DNA of 35,124 bases, from positions 1 through 35,124 of the forward strand of contig JAHLWZ010000142.1 of NCBI GenBank assembly GCA_020536535.1. The letters are read 5' to 3'. Position 1 is the stretch's first letter, and every line of letters begins with the position of its first letter. Source of the stretch: Pelomyxa schiedti (taxonomy: Eukaryota; Protista; Evosea). A model generated the notes under the pieces. It saw only the letters and a program-made list of their open reading frames with translations. It ran no database searches and was not told where the DNA came from. The translations under genes and the position numbers were made by a program. Of the stretch, positions 22,757-31,419 are shown in pieces.

Positions 22757-23488
22757 AGATACTGATGATGTAGAAGCAGTATTCCAGACACCATTGGGAT
22801 GTGGAGTATTGATAGCATCCTGTAGATTCCCAGTGATTGGGATTGTTGGAATATTGTGGGGGGTCACCACTTCCCTTTGCATTTCATCAAGATATCAAGA
22901 AATAATCTTTGAAACTCTGGGTTCATTTGAACAAGGTGTTCTGTTTGCCAACACACCCAGAGTTTCAAAGATTGTTTCTTTGGTGTATTGGCAAACACCA
23001 ATGGAATGGAATAGTGATTGGTGGTCAAGCAGCTTGACTTGTCATTGCAGAAGGTGCAAAGGTGTGTTTACCCATGAGAAGTTGGTTTTTTTTTAAGCAT
23101 GATCATCATCACAGATGTTTAAGCATCTGTAGTACATGGAACAGTTGGTGTCTATCCCATTGGAGAAACAAGGAGTTACTGGTTGGCACATAAGCCAAGT
23201 GCCACAGCATCAACAAGATCAATGTGTAAAATGTGTATACATCTTGAACAACATAATCTGAATTCTTTTCCAAGCTGCAAGAACCATGATGGGTTTGTCC
23301 CACCAGCCAATTACCATCAAATCACTGTTGCATGTATTGTTGCTCCAGGTGTCAAGCAACCCACCTCCTTCCCCAGCTCCCTTAACTCTTTCCACAAACA
23401 CAACCTCATGCACCATCAAAGAAATGACAATACAGAAGATGCTTGATGCAGCACAGCCAAAGGAATCTGCCCATCAGTGACACACCAA
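22757..23488. pseudogene. CpG-free intergenic relic (decayed gene or repeat)
   Basis: No CG dinucleotide found by manual scan over about 730 bp; TG/CA-rich. Only short broken ORFs and no consistent gene model. Confidence 0.35.
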
Positions 23489-23828
23489 CGAACACAAAAA
23501 GGGTTTCCCCCTTTGTGGAAAACCACCCCGATTCCTGCTCAACTTGAGTGAATTTTTTCCTTCCAAGACAAGGAGGAGCGCCAATTTTGGGGGTCAAACT
23601 AAGTGTGCCGAAAATCGTATCAAAATTCGTTTTCTTGGTGTCCCAACCTCAGCCCAACCTCAGACTCCAGGCAACCTTTCACAAGTATTGTCACAACAAT
23701 TTATGGCACCATAGAAAAAGTCCCTTTTTTTTGTTAGTACAACCAAAACTCTAACATGTTATATACAAAAAACATATCCAACACAAAAACAGTAAAAAAC
23801 GAATTGACTATTAGGTCTAACAGTTCCT

Positions 23829-23908
23829 CAACGCTCCGCCGCAGCTAAAACCAACTTTTCCTGAGGAAAGACTGAGAAAAAGTTGGTTTTGATCACGGAG
23901 GAGGGTTG
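23829..23908. repeat. Imperfect inverted repeat (about 80-nt hairpin)
   Basis: AAAACCAACTTTT (23847-23859) pairs perfectly with AAAAGTTGGTTTT (23878-23890). Outer arms CAACGCTCCGCCG / CGGAGGAGGGTTG pair at 11 of 13 positions. Confidence 0.85.
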
Positions 23909-24097
23909 CTGTTTCAAAATACAGTGAATCGCTTTTTCTTTCCGTCTATCCGGTTCCTTATCCTTCGGAACAGATTCCAGAAAAAGTACAATCTGTTGCG
24001 TTGTCGACAGTTAAAGTACGATTTTTGGTGGTGTCGACAAAAAAAAGGAAATTAGAGTTATTTGACCCCCAAATAATTTGTTATTTTGTGGCTCGGA

Positions 24098-26873
24098 TCA
24101 ATGTGATTCCGAGGGTGTTGCGGAATCTATCTGTGGCACAGAACCACAGGAAATGCCAGTGCACTCAATGATTCCTGACATGGTGGCTAAGTTGCTTGGA
24201 ACTTCGAATTTGACACCACACAACAGCTCGGAGAAATGAATGGCGGTTTTGAGATGCTCACTTGATATGCTGGTCTTGTAAGGGCAGAGGATTCTCGACG
24301 TGCCGCGAGCCAGTGCCATGAATATAACCAACTGGTCCATTGTGTATTCACAGACACAGCCTCCGGCATTGTAGATTTCCACAAGTCGTTTTACAGCTTT
24401 TTCAGCAACCTAGTTGAGGGTAAAAAGTTAGTTGAACTCTGGTGTATTTTTTATGGGTCTCACTTCTTGTGGGGATATCTCCGTTTTGCTTTCAAATAGA
24501 CTGTCAGCGGCAATTAGGCAGCCGGTTGATGTTTCCAGTACAAGTTGCACACCAGCAACTCCACTGGTTTTTTTCCTGGCTTCTTCATTCAGGGCTCTTC
24601 TTTCCTTGAAGGTCAGTCCACCGGTTTCCTCTGCAGAACCGGGAGTTTCAGTTCGGACTTGCTTAGCCTTATTTTTCCTGGCCTGCTTTGCTGCGGTATC
24701 GTCCTCAGCACTTCCGTCATCTTCGGGTGCAGGTATGATTGTAATGTCTTCTATACCAAAGCGGTCATGAATCATTGCCCTCACAATTGAAATCACGGAG
24801 CGCGGTAGGCGTGTTCGGCATGTGCCACCGCCGTAGGCTACACCTCTGACAGATATCGGAACTCCGCGGTCGGTTATGGTTGCAGCTGAGATGCCCCCAA
24901 TAACTGGTGTGATACACACTTCAACTTCACCTTTTCCCCATGGGTAGAAGCCACGCTTGTGAATATTCAGCTTCAAATTTTGCTCAGGTACTCCAAAAAA
25001 TCTGTGCAACAAAGGGAATAGTACCATCCTGAATTGCCAGTGAACATCTTTATGGTGGATGTAGGTGTTACCTGATATAATCGATTGGGGGGCTCCCCAC
25101 AACATTTGTACCGCCTCGCAAAGTCATAGTTACAGGCTGTTCATGTGCACCAAGCAAAGCACAAGGCAATGCTGCCTGTAGAAGAAGGGTTATTGCCCCA
25201 GCTGTGTGTGTATCTGGGAAAAAGTGGGTAGTGTGGTGTGATGAAGAGGTTAGCACCTGCATGAAAGGCTCCTCCGCGCAGTCCTTTCACACCTGGCCAT
25301 AAAAATAACTCTCCTGCACCTTCACAGTGCCCACCATACTAACAAATAATAGGCACTACAAATTAAAAAGGTTTTGTCATGCAAACCTGTATGGGTTCTG
25401 GTCGCACCAGCCCGTCACATAGGTCAGTGACTAATTTAGCCCCGGTGGAGTGCTGATGTCCCAGTCCTGGCTTTGGCCTACCTGCTCGTATGGAATGAAT
25501 GTGCAATGGTCGCCCTAGTAGTGCACCAAATGCAAGAGCCACACGGAGTACTTGTCCTCCCCCCTAAGTGAGTAAGATGTTTAAAAAACTTCACGCAGGA
25601 AAGTCAAGGTACCTCAAGAATGGATCCATCTACAAGAGGCAGTGGCGGTACACCAGAGCTCACAACATCTCTCTCTGAGGCAGAAGTGCTTGTTGTGACT
25701 GACGTGGTTGCTGACGTGGTTTCACGTACAGGCTCAATCACAGGAATAAATGACTGCAATATTGTAGCTTTTGGACCAGTGTGCTTCATGGAAACAAAGG
25801 GAAACACAGGGCCTCTAAGCACCCCTCTCCAACTGATGACACTTGTCCCGTTCAAGAAAAACTGCAAGTCACCACTCCCAAGATCAACAGACACACCAAT
25901 GATGTCCCCATCAGAATACTGGGGTTGATTTCTCATTTTCTCACCATGTACACGAAGAGTCCCTGGTCTGTTTGACTGTACACTGCCACCAGACCTACAG
26001 GAGGAATAGGTAAGAGCATCCACAAATGGAATCAATTTACCAAATGATACATTTGGTGTTATGCTTAGGGGATTCATCCACCCAAACGTCGGAATATGCC
26101 ACCTACAAATTGAAACCTACTGTGAGCGTGAAAGAAGAACAACAAGAAAATGGGTACCCCAATCCAATAAGCATCATCAATTGGATCTGATGCCCTTACA
26201 ACAAAAGTATGGATACCAGTACTGAACAGTTCCAACCCAACAACACCTATAAAGATAAATTCTTAGTATGTTCTATGTTTATTCCTCTGTACATAAAAAA
26301 AAAAAAAAAAAAAAGGAACAATAACAAACAGGTTTAGAATAAAAAAATAAACCAACCTCCCCAATCATCAGTTGTCTGAGAGACTGTCATTTTATCAGCC
26401 GAAAAAGCCATAGAGCGAGTGGCCTGCGCGTCATTCCACCCAATGTCACTACTCCGTCCCATAAACGCAGCAGAGCCCTTGCTCCCACCAAGCACCTTCT
26501 CGGCCGCCCCAGCCACAAACGGGCTCATCTCGCCACACGTCGACGTAGCGGTAGAGCTAGAGGCCGACGCGGCGGAGGCGGTACTCTTGGTTGAGCCTGT
26601 GGAGCGAGCTGCCGCGGTCGCACTTATGGGTGTCTGCTGGGACTTCCCCCGCCCCCTGGCGCTCGCCGCCTGGGTTGTTGCTCCCCCGCGTGCAGTTGCA
26701 TTTGCACTTGCATTTGCATTGGCATTTGCCCTGCCTCGCCCACGGTCACCACCTCCACCGCCTCGTTGATTGTTGTTATGAGGCTGCGGTTGTGTGTGCT
26801 GCTGTTGGGCGGCTGATTGCAGTATCCGAGTGAGGTCTGTTATAGACTTATCTGTGGTGTTGGTAGCCGACAT
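24098..26873 (-). CDS. RTCA: RNA 3'-terminal phosphate cyclase fused to an N-terminal RG/low-complexity region and a SPRY domain
   Basis: SPRY: FSADKMTV, FSTGIHTF, YSDGDIIGVSVDLGSGDLQFFLNG, GPVFPFVSM. The same exon runs into VDGSILE|GGGQVLR, then IRAGRPKPGLGHQH, TAGAITLLLQAALP, GGTNVVGSPPIDY, RGFYPWGKGEV, EYTMDQL and SEHLKTAIH (adenylated His equivalent present). Confidence 0.9.
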
Positions 26874-26956
26874 GAGACTGGCCTCTCGAAAACAAAAAAA
26901 AAAAGTTTTTGTTTGTTCATGAAATTTTTTCGGCAAACAAAAACGGGGTGTTGTTT

Positions 26957-29620
26957 TCAGTAGTCGGAAGGGTCAGCTTTGAGAAGAGAATCCAGTGCCT
27001 GTGAGGCCGACATTCTTTGATCACATGATGGTAGCAGCATGGCTCTCAGTGTTCTTTCCATTGCACCCCCGGAGAGTTCCGGCCTCAGTGGGGGGAGTTT
27101 GTCAGGATTAAATGTGGATTGTGAGGTGTTGGTGAGCGCCTGTGGGTCGGCACACATAAGCTGCCAGAAAACGAGCGCAATTGCAAATGAGTCCGCGTTC
27201 TTGTATGGAACCTTCACTATGTTGCTGTTGCTGCGCAGTCCTCTGTTGGCTGAAAGTGTGAGTGCGGCTATATTTGGGGGGTAGGTGAAGCTGTTTCCCC
27301 ATGGGCTGTCTCGGTTCAGGTCAATTGGGTATGTCATTTGCTCATTGAACTTGGTAACTATGGCCAATCCAAAGTCAATAACATAGATACGGTGGCCCTG
27401 AGAGGTTGATTTTATGAGCAAGTTGTCACCCTTTACCAAGTTCTGTGAGTTTCCTTTTGAGAAGCAGTTCTACTAACTTTTATGTCACGATGCACTGTGA
27501 AGTTATTTGCCAAATGGCAGGTGGCAGAGAGGGCTTGTTGCAGCAATAAAAGCACATCCTTTTTTGATGAAACTACAGTGCTGAATACTTTGTCAAACGG
27601 TACACCTAGCAAGCCGGGGTTAGGAATAATAATGATTACTGCAGCTGCCTACCACCGTGTGGCATCATAATCATCACTGATCGCTGTATTGACCACTCAG
27701 CATAAACAGGGTATCCTGTTGATCCAAGTTATTTTGGGATTGCAGGGTTAAGGAAGCAAATACTGGCAGCAATTTGTTGCACCCAGGAATCGGGAAGGGT
27801 TGCAAAAAACGTGCAAATGGGATGCAGAATGTTTGGATGAGAGGGAAGAATGGACAGACACTGTACTTCATTTCGGTAACTGAGGAAAAGTTCCTTATTT
27901 AATTTAGATAAAGCAGCTTGGGAACCTGTTTCTGAGTAGTGTTGGGGAGGGATTTATAGTAGCATTAACATCCATCATGAACTTGAGACAGAGTGGAATT
28001 TGTATTCTTGGGTGTCGGGCAAAGAACACAGCACCAAATGAGCCACAGGACAATAAACTCGGATCGATGAAATCATTTACATCCAATAGGAGGCAAGAGC
28101 GAGAAATAGACTCTAATTCCTCCTTTTCGCTTCTATATGGTTATGAGACCCAAAATCAAAGTTGGATGCAAAGCCTTAAAATTGCATTTTCTGCTTTTAA
28201 CACAGAGGATTGCTGCTCAAGATCGAGACATCTATTCCTAAGAAAGGAATTTTGGTTGTGCAGAGAGTAATAAAAAGGTACTGGTAGGATGCTATTTCGT
28301 TTTTCATCTCGGTTTTCGTGTAAGTACAAGCAATTTGAAATATGTGTCAAATACTGCCGGAATGTTTAGTCTCATCTCTGGCCTTTCTGGTGGATAGGCA
28401 TCATGGCGGATAACAATAAACCTGGGTTCTCCCTCATTAACCTTTTGGTCCTCCAGGCACTCAATCCCCTCTATCTAACAACCATAATTTAAAAAAAGAT
28501 AAACTCATGACTATACAGTTAAAATTGCTAATGCTTCTGGATCCACTCCAATTCTCCGTGATACTAAAGTACGAATGTCCTGGCAGCGTGTATTCTCAGG
28601 AAGGCGATATTTGAACAGTTTTCCTTCGTGCCCAACCTCGATAACGAGAAGCTTTGTTGGTATGGGAGGGGGATGAACACTCAGATAGATCTCCGTATTG
28701 CATACAACCGAATGCAATATCTGCAGTGCCAGCATTTCGGTTTCAGGGTTTTGAATATGGTTATCGATGGAGAAAATTCTCTCCGAGCGATAAGTGGATT
28801 CAAGGAAACTCCTCAGGTGCTCTTGCCTCTCTTTGGGGACAGTGTCAATGTGCGTTATCACCACTGTCGATCTAATTCCGTGATGTAAGGTCCACTCCAC
28901 CATCCGCTGAACAAAGAAACGAGGGTTCATTTCTGATCGGGGATCAGATGCAGAAATAACCCAAATCATTGAAGGTGCACGAGCAGAACAGTCTCCAAGC
29001 ATGTCAGATGTGTCCTTTCTCAGGTGAGACACAAGTGTTAAGAGTGTTTGTCATACTGTATCATTGTTGTGGCTTTGATTAGGTGATGATCCGCGAAGAA
29101 AGGAGCCGGACTTCACGGCTCCTGACAATATCTCTTGGGCTCTCTTTACTTCCTCTGAAGAATCCGCAAAGAAACCGGGAGAATCCACAAGAGTAATAGA
29201 GGGAGTGACAGAAATATCCTCAAGGAGAAAGGTGCCTTGGGACCCACAATCGTACTCGGTTGCAATCGGCAACTTACCTATTTTGGGTCCTTGGTGTCAC
29301 TTCGCGCCAAACAAATGCCAAAGCACAAAAAATCCGGGGATATTACCCATCGCTCTCAGTATCGTGTTTATCACCGACGAAATGCCGGAACCGCAGCGGC
29401 CCATAAGTGGTATACGAACGCAACTAATTCTCTGCGAGTGGCCGTGCTGCACGTACAACTGCGTCGCGGGCGTCCATGTCAAAAGCTGGTGCCTCAGTGT
29501 GGCTGCATCACCAGTCCCAACTGTGGGTACCCTGCTATTTGGTGACCCACCTGTGGCGCTCCCACAAGTTGCTGTGCTTCCATTGGTTTCAGCTACGTGA
29601 CTGTTACCAGTAACGTCCAT
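26957..29620 (-). CDS. Multidomain protein: IFI44-like P-loop domain, ubiquitin-like domain, coiled coil, PINK1-like Ser/Thr kinase
   Basis: IFI44-like: VRIPLMGRCGSGISSVINT, LVDSPG, EILSG, GIRSTVVITHID, EMLALQIL. Beta-grasp: GKLFKYRLPENTRCQDIRTLVSRRIGVDPE. Coiled coil: CLDLEQQSSVLKAENAILR. Kinase: CGSFGAV, LCLK, HPNI, HRDIK|GDN, DFG, WGNSFTYPPN, PYKNADSFA, LPPL, QRMSA. Exons join in frame through short introns. Confidence 0.78.
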
Positions 29621-29716
29621 GAACGAATGGCGAAAAAAAAAAAAAAAAAAAAAACAAAGGGCCCTTCGACGAAACCCCTTTTTGATCGATGTCCCAAGTA
29701 AATCTAATCCCCGAGA
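29621..29716. promoter_or_regulatory. Putative 96-bp bidirectional promoter with poly(dA) tract
   Basis: Lies between divergent ATGs at 29620 (-) and 29717 (+); contains a run of about 22 A. Confidence 0.55.
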
Positions 29717-31158
29717 ATGAGCAGCGAAGCCCCCGCTGTCGCCAACACGCCGAGTCCGTCGACGCATTCCAGCAACAACACTGCGTCGTCGGAACAGCAC
29801 GCTCAAGCTCCGACGATGGCGGCGACGAGCGCGGTACTCGATCCGTCGTCGTCCGCAACGCCCACGACCAACACAACCGCCGCTACTAGTACGAGTGCTG
29901 CTAGTAGCGGGGCCGTCGGGGCCAAAGCCAAGGCCAAGGCGAAGGCCAAAGCTAAAGCCAAAGCTAAATCCAAGGCAAAGGGGAATAAAAAGGGGGGAAA
30001 GACAGCGAATACGCCACCAGGACAACAAGAACAACCAATCACGCCGCCTACTATTACTAGTACTAATACTTCAACGACGGCGGCCGTGGTTGAGAAACCT
30101 ATGTCGGCAGCAAGAGCAAAGAAAGAAGCCAGAAGAAAAGTATGGGTTTTTTTCCCCCCTTCCCCCGGGTTTTTTTCCTTAATTAATGCTCATTGCATAG
30201 AAAATTCAAGAAGAAAACGAGCGAGAGGCCTTCGTGCGCCAATTAAACTCGGTTCCAAACTTTTTCGAGAAATTCCATGCATTCAAGACTTACAAATCCA
30301 ACGGGTTTGAAACGATGCCACGTTGTGGCTACAACAACAGTTGGTGAATGACCCCTTCTCCCGCCCAGGCTTGACTTGGAGCTGGAATACATTCATTCCG
30401 GTGATATAACAAAAGAACTGCAGAAATGGGTGTTCAGTCTACTCGAAGATAACATGAAGAATTAGTAAGTGCATCCGTGTCTGCCTTTGAGTCACTTTAA
30501 CATACTGCAGTTATGAGGGTTCCTGGGGTTGGAATCCAACCCAGACTCGCAGTGAAATGACAAACACCAACACTCGCTACATTGTAAGGTTTTATTCTCT
30601 TCATTGTAGTTTCACTACATCCCAAAAAAGATTTGTCGTGAGAGGGTGTCAAGGCAACCCGTTGCCTTTTCATATTTCACGTTTGAAACGGAAGATATGC
30701 CTGTTGGTTGCAGTCTTTATCTGTGCGAGTTCAGACTTTTCTTTTTTTTTTTTAGTGTCCATCCTTCCAAACCACCAACTCCTCTAGGTATGAGTTACAG
30801 CTGCACCCTTCTGTCAGAGGGAAAGGTCTAGGAACATTCCTTATGCAGGTTTTAAATTGTTAATTTTCCACAAAAATAAATCAACTGCAGATTACTGAAT
30901 TAATTGCTCGGTCAAGCAAAGTTGATTGCATTCGGCTGACATGTTTCACTGGTATTCTTACCTCCAACACCACAGGAAGTGCCAATTTGACACCCTATTT
31001 AAGATAATTCTGAGGCTGTTCAGTTCTATGAAAAGCACGGCTTTGTTCTCGATCCGCTCACACCCAAAGTAACATTTGAGGACGCTCTGTCTTCGACATA
31101 CAGAATCATGTGCAAATCCTACTCCCCCAACGGCCTCCTACGAAAAGGTCTCCTGTGA
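29717..31158 (+). CDS. NAA40: N-alpha-acetyltransferase 40 (NatD; histone H4/H2A N-terminal acetyltransferase), GNAT fold
   Basis: Spliced reading FKTYKSNG|LDLELE..KWVFSLLEDNMKNY|YEGSWGW..SEMTNTNTRYIV, PVAFSYFTFE, YELQLHPSVRGKGLGTFLMQ, LTCF, NSEAVQFY, YRIMCK. Confidence 0.88.
29921..29980 (+). repeat. Degenerate coding hexamer repeat (GCC AAG)n encoding AKAKAKAKAKAKAKAKSKAK
   Basis: Directly visible; synonymous variation between units. Confidence 0.9.
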
Positions 31159-31419
31159 ACCCTAGTTAAATGATGAATCTGAGAAAAACCATTTTCTTTT
31201 CCTTTGGGGGTGCCATCTTTGGCTCCGTTCAATTGAATTTGGCTCAAAACCCGGGCCCAGGCTCACCCACCGTCACCCAACGACGGCATTCAATGAATTT
31301 GTTGAGAAGTAGCCATACGTGAAATCGCCGGGGTTGTCACTCAGATACGGCGAGCCCTTCGCATGCAGCAGTGTCAGACACTCCCTGCCTTCACAGAAAA
31401 ATCTTTTGTTCGGAACACC

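Noticed and set aside
23183-23446. PARP-type zinc-finger-like STRSMCKMC
   Set aside because: Only one CxxC, no complete motif, and the frame is broken.
24001-24040. 9-bp inverted repeat TTGTCGACA/TGTCGACAA
   Set aside because: Short and built on a self-palindromic core; compatible with chance.
24098-25570. Rcl1 (inactive cyclase-like protein)
   Set aside because: GGGQVLR, QH, DQL and the catalytic His are present, matching RtcA.
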